Notes: generated by a model from the sequence alone, not told the origin. DNA of 64,000 nucleotides from Elusimicrobiota bacterium (GCA_016218625.1 JACRDL010000065.1:1521-65520), one strand, 5' to 3'. Shown: positions 17,442-27,637, numbered from the stretch's first letter. Numbers and translations: made by a program.

Positions 17442-20198
17442 TTAGGTCTTTTCAAGCCGAACCGCACATACTTTCAATTCGGGAATTTTTGAAACAGGGT
17501 CAAGTGCAGTATTGCTGAATAGAACATTTGTTTTTGTTTCAGCAAAATGAAAACTCAAAGATATGGTGCCTTCCGGCGTGTTTTCGGTAATATGTACCCT
17601 GACACGAACATCGCCACGCCGAGAGACAACTTTGACAAAATTGCCGTCAATAAGATTCAATTTTTCAGCATCTAACGGATTTATCTCCAGCAGTTCTTCT
17701 GGCTTGAGTTTATTAAGCCCCTCAACTTTGCGTGTAAGTGTGCCTGTATGGTAGTGATACAATAACCGTTCTGTTGTAAGTATAAACGGGAACTCAGTAT
17801 CAGGTTGTTCTACTGATGGAGTATAGGAAACAGGCACAAACTTTCCTTTACCGCGGCTAAATCTATCTTTATGAAGAATATCTGTTCCCGGATGGTTGTC
17901 GTCGGGACAGGGCCACTTCAATGTCTTTTCTTTTAACCGTTTATATGAAATCCCTGCATAAATCGGCGCAACTTGGGCAATTTCGTCCATTATTTCAGAC
18001 GGCGTTTGGAATTCAAATCCGGGCTGATTCATTTTTTTTGCAAGTTCGCAAACAATCTGCCAGTCGGATTTTGATTCGCCCAGCGGCTTAATCGCCTTAT
18101 TTAAGAGTTGAACTCTTCTTTCGGTGTTGGTGTATGTGCCGTCTTTTTCAGCGAAACTGCACGCGGGAAGAACGATGTCGGCAAGTTTTGCCGTTTCTGT
18201 CAGAAACATATCCTGAACAACAAGAAACTCAAGTTCGGTCAATGAACACTCAGAGTGTTTTGAACACGGCTCGCTTAAAATAGGATTTTCTCCGATAATA
18301 TACATTGCTTTAATTTCGCGGATGTACGCTTTTTTGAACATCTCTGTCAGCGTTAATCCGGGATTGGAATTTAATTCTGTATTATAAAATTTCTCAAATT
18401 TTTGCTTTATTATTTCATCGGTTACAGATTGATATCCGGGAAATACATTCGGAAGCGCACCCATATCGCATGCACCCTGAACATTGTTCTGACCGCGCAG
18501 TGGATTTATTCCCGTTGACGGTTTGCCTATATTTCCTGTTAAAATCGCCATGTTGGAAACGGCGAAAACATTATCTGTTCCGTGCGAGTGCTGCGTTATG
18601 CCCATTCCGTAAAGAATCGTAGCGGGTTTTTCAGTCGCATATATTCTCGCCGCTTCTATAATCAAGTCCTTTTTAACGCCCGTAATTTTTTCTGTCTCAT
18701 CTAGATTTATCTCTTTCAAACTTTTTAGATACTCCTCGTAATTTTCGCATCTTTCGCGGATAAATTCCGCATCCTGCAGATTTTCATCAACAATAACTTT
18801 TGCGATGCTATTAAGCAAAGCAACATCGGTTCCTGGTTTATGATGCAAAGAAAGATATGCGAATTTACAGAGTTCAATTTTTTTGGGATTGATAATAATC
18901 AGTTTTGCACCGTTATCAACTGCTTGTTTTATTTTTAAACCTATTACGGGATGAGTGGATGTGGAATTTGAGCCGATTGACAGAATAGTTTTTGCAAACG
19001 CTATTTCAGAAATTGAATTGGTCATCGCACCGGAGCCGAGTGTTTTTGCAAGCCCTACAACGGTCGGGGCATGACAAAGACGGGCGCAATGGTCTATGTT
19101 GTTCGTCTTCAATACCGCGCGGGAAAATTTTTGTATGACATAATTTTCCTCGTTGGTGCACTTTGCCGACGACATAACGGCGATATCGCTGCCTTTATAT
19201 TTTGAAAACTTTTCGGCAATCAAACTTAATGCCTCGTTCCAATTTACAAATACAAAATCTGTATTTTTAAAACTTTTGTAGTCGCTTGATTTATCAAGCC
19301 CAATAAATTGGGCAACTACATCTTTTTTAACCAATGGTCTTGTAAGTCGTTCAGAATGGTGCACGAACTCTTTTATACCGAATCTACCTTTCACGCATAA
19401 TTGACCGTAATTTGTTGGACCATCAATGTCAGGAATTACTCTGACAATTTTTTCATCTCGGACTTCGGACTTCGGACTTCGGACTTCTAACTTAATTGAG
19501 CATCCGACGCCGCAGTAAGGACACAATGTTGTAATAACTTTATCCGGTTGAAACGATTCCTTAAAGTCCTTTTCCAAAAGCGCGCCGGTAGGACAGATAT
19601 CCACGCAGGCGCCGCAGAATTCACAATTTGAATCTTGGAGTTTTTTATTGAAAGAAGTGCCAGGTACCGATTTAATTCCGCGAAACATAAAATCTACCGC
19701 GGCGTTTTTTCTTAATTCTTCGCAGACACGAACGCATCTTCCGCAAAGAATGCACAAATTATAATCCCTGTTAAAAAACGGCTCTTCTTCGTATACGGTC
19801 AGGTTTTTATCTATAAAGGGCAAAGTTAATTTTTCAATTCCGAGATATGCGGCAATCTGCTGGAGTTCGCATCTCAAATTTTTATCACAAGTCGTGCATG
19901 TTTTATTATGTTCAGTTAAAATAAGTTCAAATACCTGCCGGCGCAAATTTTGAAGTTGTTCAGTATTTGTTCTGACAACCATCCCATCTTCAATATATGT
20001 AGTGCAAGCGGTTGGGCATCCTTTCATATTATCAATTTCCACAATACAAAGCCGACAAGCACCGTAGGGTTTAAGTCCGGGATAATAACATAAAGAGGGA
20101 ATATAAATATTATTTCTTTTTGCGGTTTCCAATACGGTTAAACCCCGTTCAATTTCTACTATTTTATCGTCAATGGTTAATTTTATTTTCATATTCAT
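17442..20198 (-). CDS. fdhA: Formate dehydrogenase alpha subunit (Mo/W-bis-PGD), Cys-type, with N-terminal [2Fe-2S]/[4Fe-4S] NuoG-like domains
   Basis: 918 aa. The active-site region IDHCARLCHAPTVVGL has Cys where selenoproteins have Sec, and there is no in-frame TGA. A molybdopterin oxidoreductase fold follows, with a ferredoxin-like N-terminus. Confidence 0.9.
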   Translation of the reverse strand: MNMKIKLTIDDKIVEIERGLTVLETAKRNNIYIPSLCYYPGLKPYGACRLCIVEIDNMKGCPTACTTYIEDGMVVRTNTEQLQNLRRQVFELILTEHNKTCTTCDKNLRCELQQIAAYLGIEKLTLPFIDKNLTVYEEEPFFNRDYNLCILCGRCVRVCEELRKNAAVDFMFRGIKSVPGTSFNKKLQDSNCEFCGACVDICPTGALLEKDFKESFQPDKVITTLCPYCGVGCSIKLEVRSPKSEVRDEKIVRVIPDIDGPTNYGQLCVKGRFGIKEFVHHSERLTRPLVKKDVVAQFIGLDKSSDYKSFKNTDFVFVNWNEALSLIAEKFSKYKGSDIAVMSSAKCTNEENYVIQKFSRAVLKTNNIDHCARLCHAPTVVGLAKTLGSGAMTNSISEIAFAKTILSIGSNSTSTHPVIGLKIKQAVDNGAKLIIINPKKIELCKFAYLSLHHKPGTDVALLNSIAKVIVDENLQDAEFIRERCENYEEYLKSLKEINLDETEKITGVKKDLIIEAARIYATEKPATILYGMGITQHSHGTDNVFAVSNMAILTGNIGKPSTGINPLRGQNNVQGACDMGALPNVFPGYQSVTDEIIKQKFEKFYNTELNSNPGLTLTEMFKKAYIREIKAMYIIGENPILSEPCSKHSECSLTELEFLVVQDMFLTETAKLADIVLPACSFAEKDGTYTNTERRVQLLNKAIKPLGESKSDWQIVCELAKKMNQPGFEFQTPSEIMDEIAQVAPIYAGISYKRLKEKTLKWPCPDDNHPGTDILHKDRFSRGKGKFVPVSYTPSVEQPDTEFPFILTTERLLYHYHTGTLTRKVEGLNKLKPEELLEINPLDAEKLNLIDGNFVKVVSRRGDVRVRVHITENTPEGTISLSFHFAETKTNVLFSNTALDPVSKIPELKVCAVRLEKT
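19458..19494. repeat. Intragenic tandem heptamer array (gacttcg x4), in-frame in fdhA
   Basis: Encodes KLEVRSPKSEVRDEK. Confidence 0.75.
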
Positions 20199-21825
20199 TA
20201 GAAAAATGTTTTAATGTTGATATTACAGGATTGGGTGCTGCCTGACCCAACCCGCACAGCGAGGTCAATTTAATTGTTTGGGATAGTTCTTTTAGTTTTT
20301 CAAGGTCTTCTTTTTTTGCATTACCGCTTGTAATTTTTTCTAAAATATTTAAGAGTTGTTTTGTACCGACTCTGCATGGTGTACATTTGCCGCAGGACTC
20401 ATTTGAACTAAATTCAACAAAATACTTACACATTTGTGTAATATCCATTTTCGTATCTACGATGACAATTCCGCCGGAACCCATAGAAGCACTTATTTCG
20501 GAAAGCGACTCAAAATCTACCGGTTTATCCAGATATTTTCCCGGAACGCAACCTCCCGTAGGCCCTCCAATAAATACCGCTTTCAATTTTTTTCCTTTCG
20601 GCAAACCGCCGCAGATGTTAAAAATTATCTTCTTTAATGAAATACCAAGCGGTAACTCAACAACGCCTGAATTATTTACTATCCCTGAAATTGAAAATAA
20701 TTTTGTTCCCTTACTTTTTTCAGTTCCATATTTATTTAACCAATCGGCACCGTTCAGAATAATCTGCGGTACATTGGCATATGTTTCAACATTATTTATA
20801 ACAGTCGGTTTATCTGATAACCCTTTTTCAACCGGATACGGCGGTCTAAAACGAGGTATCGCTCTTTTACCGGAAATCAATTCCAAAAGGGCTGTCTCTT
20901 CACCTGAAACATATCCACCGGCAATTGTTACAACAAAAATTTGAAAACAGAAATTTGAGCCTAAAATATTCTTTCCAAGAAAACCCAACTCGGTAGCATC
21001 CTTTATCGCTTTTTGTATTCTCTCAATAGATAAAGAGTATTCATTATTAATATAGATATAGCCAACTTTTGCACCGATAGCATAACCGGCAATAACCATT
21101 CCCTCAATTATAGAATGCGGGTCGCTTTCCAATAAAACCCTGTCCTTAAAAGTTCCGGGTTCGCCTTCTTCTGCATTACAAATAATATAGGCGATTGGGC
21201 GATTGGGCGGTTGGGCGATTGAGTGACGACATAGTTCCCATTTTATACCTGTCGGGAAACCTACACCGCCGCGACCGCGCAGACCGGATTTTTTTATTTC
21301 GTTGATAATTCCTTCCGGTGACATTTTTAGTGCTTTTTCTAAACCACTATACCCACCCTCTGCGATATAATGATAAATATTTTCCGGATTTATAAATCCG
21401 CACCGTCGTAAAATCCGTCTTACCTGATGTTTCATAAATGGTATCTCCAACAAGTTGGATATACCATCTATTGATTTTTCGCCGACCGTTCCGATAACAA
21501 GATTTTTCGGTATGCTGTTATGTAAAATATAATCAACTATTTTTGGAACATTTTCAACTGTTACATTTCCAAAACAAATTCTTGGGCCGCCGGGTTTTGA
21601 TACATCAATCAGCGGTTCCAAGTAGCAAAGCCCGATGCAACCGACAGGGATTATTTCAAAATTGATTTTTTTCTTTCTACACAGGGTGACTAAAGCCGTC
21701 TCTACATCGTCGGCACCGGCGGATTTTCCGCAGGTTGCCATTCCAACAAAAATAAGTATTTTTGATGGATTTGTAATTTTTTCCCACTCGTTTATTGCAG
21801 TTAGTTTTATTTTTTGAAATGTCAT
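20170..21825 (-). CDS. NADH-binding FMN/FeS subunit (NuoF/HydB-like)
   Basis: 551 aa with an N-terminal thioredoxin-like domain, an FMN/NADH-binding core and a C-terminal 4Fe-4S motif (ESCGKCTPCR). Confidence 0.85.
   Translation of the reverse strand: MTFQKIKLTAINEWEKITNPSKILIFVGMATCGKSAGADDVETALVTLCRKKKINFEIIPVGCIGLCYLEPLIDVSKPGGPRICFGNVTVENVPKIVDYILHNSIPKNLVIGTVGEKSIDGISNLLEIPFMKHQVRRILRRCGFINPENIYHYIAEGGYSGLEKALKMSPEGIINEIKKSGLRGRGGVGFPTGIKWELCRHSIAQPPNRPIAYIICNAEEGEPGTFKDRVLLESDPHSIIEGMVIAGYAIGAKVGYIYINNEYSLSIERIQKAIKDATELGFLGKNILGSNFCFQIFVVTIAGGYVSGEETALLELISGKRAIPRFRPPYPVEKGLSDKPTVINNVETYANVPQIILNGADWLNKYGTEKSKGTKLFSISGIVNNSGVVELPLGISLKKIIFNICGGLPKGKKLKAVFIGGPTGGCVPGKYLDKPVDFESLSEISASMGSGGIVIVDTKMDITQMCKYFVEFSSNESCGKCTPCRVGTKQLLNILEKITSGNAKKEDLEKLKELSQTIKLTSLCGLGQAAPNPVISTLKHFSNEYENKINH
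21189..21222. repeat. Intragenic tandem heptamer array (gggcgat x4), in-frame in the nuoF-like gene
   Basis: Encodes SIAQPPNRPIAY. Confidence 0.7.
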
Positions 21826-22343
21826 TTTCTTAATTTCTTAATCTCTTTCTTCGCTTTCTGCGGGGTCATTCTGCTATAAACTTTATTATCAATTACGACT
21901 ACAGGCGATAGAGCACAACAGCCAAAACAGGATACACTTTCTAAACCAAATTTTTTATCGGGTGTAATTCCTCCGCAGGTAATCCCCAACTCTTTTTCTA
22001 AACTGTCAAGAATCTCCGCCCCAGCTCGGACATAACAGGCGGTGCCGAGACAAACTTTTATGGAGTGTTTTGGCGGTTTGGTGAATCTAAATTGGGAATA
22101 AAAACTTGCCACGCCAAAAATTTTTGATGCGGAAATTTTAAAAAAATTTGAAATATGTCCTACTGCTTTTTCTGGAATGTAACCTAATTTGTTTTGAATT
22201 TTTTGTAGGATGGGTATCAGGGCATCCGGATTGTTTTTATGGGTGTTGAGTATTTCCAATAGCCATTGTTCCATTTTATTATCCAGCGAGCGAGTGAAAT
22301 CAAAAATGAAGTTTTTGAATTTCCGAGTGAGTGCAGATAACAC
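21822..22343 (-). CDS. [2Fe-2S] thioredoxin-like subunit (NuoE/HydC-like)
   Basis: 173 aa with the CxxxxC…CxxxC pattern (CLGTACYVRAG … CFGCCALSP). Confidence 0.8.
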   Translation of the reverse strand: MLSALTRKFKNFIFDFTRSLDNKMEQWLLEILNTHKNNPDALIPILQKIQNKLGYIPEKAVGHISNFFKISASKIFGVASFYSQFRFTKPPKHSIKVCLGTACYVRAGAEILDSLEKELGITCGGITPDKKFGLESVSCFGCCALSPVVVIDNKVYSRMTPQKAKKEIKKLRK

Positions 22344-22357
22344 AGGGTGAAAACCCT

Positions 22358-23146
22358 TTATTTTTTTCTGTATGCCTCTAAATATGAATCACAATAAAGT
22401 TGTTTTCCGAGCAGAAGTTCTGCCGTTATCATTGAATCCATCAGTTCTTTATCTAATGGATTACAAATTGCAGCGTCAAGTCCTGATGCCAAAGCCATAA
22501 CAAGAAATGTTCTATCAACAAGCGGCCTGTCAACTGTTTTTTGGGAAACATTTGACAAACCCAAAATTGTTTTCGGAGGCGGGTCGCAGATAAGTTTGCA
22601 TTGTTTGATTGTTTCTAAAACCGCAGGTGCGTGGTCCTGCGCGACATTTACAGGAAGTATAATCGCATCAATAAAAAGATTTTCTATTTCAAGACCGTAC
22701 TCCATTGCTGATGCGACTATATTTGCCGCTATTTCAAGTCGTGCTTCTGCGTTTGCAGGAACACCGGATTTCGTCATTGTCAAGGCAATCACTTTTGCGT
22801 TGTATTTTTTGGCTAATGGAATAAGTATATCCAGTTTTTCTTTCTGCCCGGAAGTAGAATTTAAGATGGACCCCGGTCCCGCCAATGAAAGCCCTTTTTC
22901 CATAACAGCCAGTTTTGTTGTGTCAACAGCAATCGGTTTATCCGTTACCTCCCGTATTGTTGTGATGAGCCACTCCATATCTGCCAATGGCTCCGCAGAT
23001 GCAGGACCAACATTTACATCCAGCGCATCGGCACCGGCATCAAGTTGTTTTTTTGCTAACTCCTGAATTATCAGTTTGTTTTTTGTCGCAATCGCCTCAC
23101 TTACATTTTTAAACATCCCATTAATCTTTTCACCGATAATGAACAT
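22358..23146 (-). CDS. acsE: Methyl-THF:corrinoid iron-sulfur protein methyltransferase
   Basis: 262 aa pterin-binding TIM barrel (ALDVNVGP…). Size and context match AcsE. Confidence 0.85.
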   Translation of the reverse strand: MFIIGEKINGMFKNVSEAIATKNKLIIQELAKKQLDAGADALDVNVGPASAEPLADMEWLITTIREVTDKPIAVDTTKLAVMEKGLSLAGPGSILNSTSGQKEKLDILIPLAKKYNAKVIALTMTKSGVPANAEARLEIAANIVASAMEYGLEIENLFIDAIILPVNVAQDHAPAVLETIKQCKLICDPPPKTILGLSNVSQKTVDRPLVDRTFLVMALASGLDAAICNPLDKELMDSMITAELLLGKQLYCDSYLEAYRKK

Positions 23147-23158
23147 ATTTCCTCCGTT

Positions 23159-23231
23159 CAGGATTAAGGATTAAGGATTAAGCGGGCAGTGTCAAAAAAC
23201 TTAATCCTTACAACTTATCACTTAATCCTGC
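23159..23231. repeat. Family G element: [ggattaa]x3 … [ttaatcc]x3 inverted heptamer arrays between acsE and ackA
   Basis: ggattaaggattaaggattaag…cttaatccttacaacttatcacttaatcc. Confidence 0.7.
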
Positions 23232-23236
23232 CTCTT

Positions 23237-24424
23237 CTATTTCACCAGTTCCATTGTCTCTTTCGCAATTAAAATCTTTTCATTTCTTGGCAGAACGAAT
23301 ATTTTTACTTTTGAGTCAGGAGCGTTTATTTCACCTTCAATACCGATGGTTTTTTCGTTCTTTTTTGAATCAATTTTTATTCCGAATTTGTCAAGTCCTG
23401 TAAGTATTTTTTCTCTAATTAGCGGTGAATTTTCGCCTATCCCGCCCGTAAACGATATCGCTTCAACATCACCGTCTAAAACAAACCAGTATGAGCCGAG
23501 ATATTTTCTCGCTCTATAGACAAAAATATCTATTGCGAGTTTTGCTTTTGCATCACCCCTTTGGGCTGATTCAACAACTTTCTTCATCTCGGTACTTATT
23601 CCCGAAAGCCCGTAGGTGCCGCTTTCTTTGTTGAGCATCATTTCAAGTTCGCTCAATGTCCAGCCACTTCTTAAAAGATACAGAATGACGCCCGGACTGA
23701 TATCGCCAGGCCTGTCATTCATGACAAGCCCTTCAAGCGGCGTAAAACCCATTGATGTATCCACCGATTTTCCGTTTTTAATTGCGCAGATACTGGAACC
23801 TGCACCGAGATGGAAAGAAATCATCGTAGGCATTTTTTTGTTAAGTACTTGTGCGGTTCTTTCGGTCACATATTTATGTGAGATACCATGAAACCCGTAT
23901 CTTCTGATTTTATATTCATAATACAGCCGTTCCGGAAGCGCATATCTGAAGGCAACTTCTGGCATAGTTTGGTGGAATGAGGTATCAAATACCGCGACAT
24001 TTTTTTTGCCCGGGAAAATCGCCTCAACCGCCTCTATTCCTTTGAGGTTATAAGGATTGTGCAGCGGGGCAAGTTCAAAATCCTTATAAATTTCTTTTTT
24101 GACATTTTCATCAATTATAACCGACGAAGTAAATGTCCATCCGCCGTGAACAACCCTGTGACCGATACCATCTATCTCACCTTTTGATTTAAGACAGTTG
24201 TATTTAGGATTTGTAATTGTAGAAATTATCAGTTCAAGTCCTTTTTGATGGTCTAAAATCGGTTGAACAATTTTTTCGGTCTTATCACCAACAGTTTGCG
24301 TAAGCATTGTATCATCAAATCCAATGTGTTCCAAAACACCTTTGCATAATTCGGTTTTCTGCGGCATCTCAAAAACTTCATACTCAATAGAATAGATTCT
24401 GCAATTCAAAACAAGAATTTTCAT
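23237..24424 (-). CDS. ackA: Acetate kinase
   Basis: HLGAGSSICAI…DTSMGFTPLEGLVMNDRPGDISPG acetate kinase motifs. I place the start at the internal ATG (MKILVLNC…), which has an AGGAGGA RBS 4 nt upstream. The 17-codon extension in the ORF track reads through a palindromic repeat. Confidence 0.85.
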   Translation of the reverse strand: MKILVLNCRIYSIEYEVFEMPQKTELCKGVLEHIGFDDTMLTQTVGDKTEKIVQPILDHQKGLELIISTITNPKYNCLKSKGEIDGIGHRVVHGGWTFTSSVIIDENVKKEIYKDFELAPLHNPYNLKGIEAVEAIFPGKKNVAVFDTSFHQTMPEVAFRYALPERLYYEYKIRRYGFHGISHKYVTERTAQVLNKKMPTMISFHLGAGSSICAIKNGKSVDTSMGFTPLEGLVMNDRPGDISPGVILYLLRSGWTLSELEMMLNKESGTYGLSGISTEMKKVVESAQRGDAKAKLAIDIFVYRARKYLGSYWFVLDGDVEAISFTGGIGENSPLIREKILTGLDKFGIKIDSKKNEKTIGIEGEINAPDSKVKIFVLPRNEKILIAKETMELVK

Positions 24425-24459
24425 TTTTCCTCCTGATTTTGGAACCAGAGATGGATTCA

Positions 24460-24485
24460 CCCTGTTAGAGTTCACTCTAACAGGG
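24460..24485. repeat. Short family D-like hairpin in the ackA 5' leader
   Basis: ccctgttagagttcactctaacaggg. Confidence 0.7.
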
Positions 24486-24492
24486 CAAGGAT

Positions 24493-24627
24493 TAACACAG
24501 ATGACAACAAAGTTGTCATTGCGAGGGCGAAGCCCGTGGCAATCCCATCATTAAAACCGAGATTGCTTCACGGAGCAAGGTCCCGTTTTGACGGGATTCG
24601 CAATGACATTTCGGCGGCAATCCGTGG
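24493..24627. repeat. Repeat family A copy (with an internal extra hairpin insert)
   Basis: Matches 4971-5060 over most of its length. Lies between acsD and ackA. Confidence 0.85.
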
Positions 24628-24713
24628 TTTCAGTATATCTCCGTAATTCCACAAAACTAACACGAAACTTTTTAGCATTTGTTCTGCGTTTTAGTTTTGC
24701 GTCTGTTCCGCGT

Positions 24714-25679
24714 TTATTTTATCAATTTCTGAATATAATTTTTTACTTCTTTAACGACAGCGGGATGATTCATAACAATCACATCCGCGCCGGCTTGAAT
24801 ATACCCCGCCGCAGTGGTCAACTCCCACAAGATACCCCTCTGTTTCAAAGGGCCCCATTCCGGTTTTTCCGACTCATCTGCCCTACACTCTTTGGTCTTC
24901 CATGTTTCCTGTCCGACAAATGTTATAATCGGTTGCGACATCATTTTGTCGCCTGATAGTGCGGCAAGACGCGTTCTTTCAATTATCGTATAACAGTACT
25001 CAAACCCATACCCTAACCCGCCCGTCGACGGATGAATTACAAGTCGGTCGGAACCAAATCCCATATCGGTTATAAGAATGTTTAACTGCTTTTCAAGATT
25101 GATATCAAGTGGCGTCTCGGCAATAAGTGAATGTCCGCCCGACTGGGCCGCGGCTGTAAATGTTTTATAATTTTCTTTTGTTGCCATCCCGAGCAAACAA
25201 TTCTCGCCTTTTGCCGCTTGACTTACATCCATTATAATTGACGAATCCTTTTCATTGTTTCCGCAGCCGATAATCAGCATCGGCAGCGAAGTTGCAGACA
25301 AAACATCTTTTACCGTTTTTGCCACTTCGGTTGAAGAAGCATTTTTACCGTCGGGCTCTGCACTTTTCAAACGAAAGCATATTAAGTCAGCGCCCAATGT
25401 CTCGCATTTTTTCGCCCACTGGGTAGGGTCATTTAATACGCTGCCATATTCATTTTTAAGGACATCGGGCCAATCGGTAGGTTCTATATCCCAAACCTCC
25501 ATCGCAATAGCCGGAGGATTCGGATTCTCACCCTCAAAAAAAAGAAAAGGAAGCGTATTACTTCCCCCTATTTTAACCACCTTTGAACGCGTGCCGCCTG
25601 TTTCTTTGGTTGCGCCTATTATCAATTCATAAATCTTTCCGGGCCATTTTTCAATTGCTTGTTCCATAAATAACTCCAA
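24714..25679 (-). CDS. acsD: Corrinoid iron-sulfur protein small subunit
   Basis: 321 aa TIM-barrel-like CFeSP delta subunit. Sits adjacent to RACo and acsC. Confidence 0.8.
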   Translation of the reverse strand: MELFMEQAIEKWPGKIYELIIGATKETGGTRSKVVKIGGSNTLPFLFFEGENPNPPAIAMEVWDIEPTDWPDVLKNEYGSVLNDPTQWAKKCETLGADLICFRLKSAEPDGKNASSTEVAKTVKDVLSATSLPMLIIGCGNNEKDSSIIMDVSQAAKGENCLLGMATKENYKTFTAAAQSGGHSLIAETPLDINLEKQLNILITDMGFGSDRLVIHPSTGGLGYGFEYCYTIIERTRLAALSGDKMMSQPIITFVGQETWKTKECRADESEKPEWGPLKQRGILWELTTAAGYIQAGADVIVMNHPAVVKEVKNYIQKLIK

Positions 25680-25711
25680 TTCAAAATTAAAAATTAAAAG
25701 TTAAAAATTAT

Positions 25712-27637
25712 TTAAGAATAATAATCTACATTTTTCATTTTTAATTGTTTTTTCACTGATGGAAACAGTTCCAAATTCGTATGCGGTAAAAACAAAGACG
25801 CCGTATAATTATTCATAAATTCCGGATCGGCGCTTAAATCTATATATGTCATTTTTTGCGCAATCTCATTGGCACGCCGCATGGCGCTCTGCGACAAAAG
25901 ACACATTTTACAACCTGTTATCGAGCCGTTGCCGATAAACGAAAACTTTTCTGTAGGTATTTCGGGGAACAGACCAATCACTATGGATTTTTCTATGTCA
26001 AGAGCATTTCCGAGCCCACCCGCTATAATCACCTTGGAAAGTTGATGAATATCAATGCCGATTTTTTTAGTCAAAACCTCTATGCCGGAAAATATGGCGC
26101 CTTTTGAATGTATGAGATTTTTGATGTCCGCCTGAGTAACGGAGATGTTGTCGGTAATGAAAAACTCATAGCCCTCTTCCGTTTTTTTGAGATGTTTTGA
26201 CGAACCTTTTATGAAATCTCCTGATTTATCAATAATTCCGTTTGTAAAAAGTTCGGCAACTATAGAAATTATACCCGCACCGCAGATACCTATTGGTTTT
26301 TCATTGCCAATCGTTTCAATTCTTAATTCTGATCCTGAATCAAGTTCAGGATTAATTCTGAATTTTTCAATCGCACCTGCTTGCGCCCGTATGCCGTGCT
26401 TTATCCCGCCGCCCTCGAAACAGGGACCAGCAGAAGTTGAGCAACAAGCCAAAAAATCTTTATTACCGAGAACAACTTCGCCATTTGTTCCCAAATCAAT
26501 AAAAAGTGCAAGGTGCGAAAAATTACTCATTCCGCTTGCTAAAACACCCGCCGTTATATCACCTCCGACATAACATGCAACATTAGGTATGGTCGCCAAA
26601 AGTCCTCGCGGATTTATTTTTATTCCCGCCTCCGCTGCACGAATTACCGGAAAAGCATTCGCGGCGGGCACATATGGCGAACGTCTTATGTGCGTGGGAT
26701 CAACCTTAAGCAGAAGGTGTATCATCGTTGTGTTTCCCGCAGCGGTAACGCAGTTTATATCGTTGAGCGAAATTTTGTCGGAAATTACATGAGAAACTAT
26801 CAAATCGTTAACCGCGTCAACTATAACATGGTGAATACGGTCAAGACCAGATGAATCGCCGGCATAGATTATCCTCGTAATGACGTCTTCGCCGAAAGAA
26901 ACCTGCGGGTTATACATCGCCTTTGCGGAGACAACCTTTTGTGCTTTTAAATCAACGAGATAAGAAACGACAGTCGTGGTTCCTATATCTACGGCAACCC
27001 CGAAATTTTTATCAGCCGTATTGCCCGGCTCAACAAGAACGACCTCCGTGGTTTCGTTTCTGTTGCCGAGCGTAACGGTTATTTTAAAATCTGATGTCCT
27101 CAAAAGTGAAGGAAGTTTTTTTATGTTCGCAAGCCCCATCTGCATAACGGGACTTGCCGTTTTTGACTTTCTTATTTCTCTGAATATCCTTTCAAGATCG
27201 GCAACGGCGTTCTCTATTGACGGACGCGGAACTTCCAGATACAATTTTGCCGAAAGCGGGCTGTACTCAAAAATCTTTTCCTCAAAAACTTCAACGGGGG
27301 GGGCGGCGCGCTCGGCCGGAGTATAAATCTCGCCCATGGTTAATATCTGGGCTTTTTCCACGCGGGATTCTTCGGGTACAAAAACATCTATATCAACTTT
27401 GCAAATAGTTCTGCAGGCAAGAACAAAACCGTCCTTTTTTTCTTTTTCGGAAAGAATCGCAGAATCGGTCGTAACCTCGCCCTTTAAAATTTTCACCTTA
27501 CATCTTCCGCAAATACCGTCGCCGCCGCAGGAATTGTAAATTTGGACGCCGGCCATAGTTGACGCTGAAAGCAGATCCGTCCCGGGCGAAACAGAAACCT
27601 CTTTATTATGCGGTAAAAATTTTATTTTGCAGGACAT
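25712..27637 (-). CDS. Reductive activator of corrinoid Fe-S protein (RACo-like), with an N-terminal [2Fe-2S] ferredoxin domain and an ASKHA ATPase domain
   Basis: The N-terminus CGGDGICGRCKV is a plant-type ferredoxin motif. The 641-aa length and ASKHA-like core match RACo/DUF4445. Sits in an acs cluster. Confidence 0.75.
   Translation of the reverse strand: MSCKIKFLPHNKEVSVSPGTDLLSASTMAGVQIYNSCGGDGICGRCKVKILKGEVTTDSAILSEKEKKDGFVLACRTICKVDIDVFVPEESRVEKAQILTMGEIYTPAERAAPPVEVFEEKIFEYSPLSAKLYLEVPRPSIENAVADLERIFREIRKSKTASPVMQMGLANIKKLPSLLRTSDFKITVTLGNRNETTEVVLVEPGNTADKNFGVAVDIGTTTVVSYLVDLKAQKVVSAKAMYNPQVSFGEDVITRIIYAGDSSGLDRIHHVIVDAVNDLIVSHVISDKISLNDINCVTAAGNTTMIHLLLKVDPTHIRRSPYVPAANAFPVIRAAEAGIKINPRGLLATIPNVACYVGGDITAGVLASGMSNFSHLALFIDLGTNGEVVLGNKDFLACCSTSAGPCFEGGGIKHGIRAQAGAIEKFRINPELDSGSELRIETIGNEKPIGICGAGIISIVAELFTNGIIDKSGDFIKGSSKHLKKTEEGYEFFITDNISVTQADIKNLIHSKGAIFSGIEVLTKKIGIDIHQLSKVIIAGGLGNALDIEKSIVIGLFPEIPTEKFSFIGNGSITGCKMCLLSQSAMRRANEIAQKMTYIDLSADPEFMNNYTASLFLPHTNLELFPSVKKQLKMKNVDYYS

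Noticed and set aside
18780-18830. Selenocysteine (in-frame TGA/SECIS) in fdhA
   Set aside because: The active-site position is encoded as Cys (CARLCH) with no in-frame TGA. This is a Cys-type FDH.
24425-24475. 17-codon N-terminal extension of ackA (MNSNRVNPSLVPKSGGK)
   Set aside because: It reads through the family D-like hairpin. The internal ATG has a strong AGGAGGA RBS and gives the canonical MKILVLNC start.
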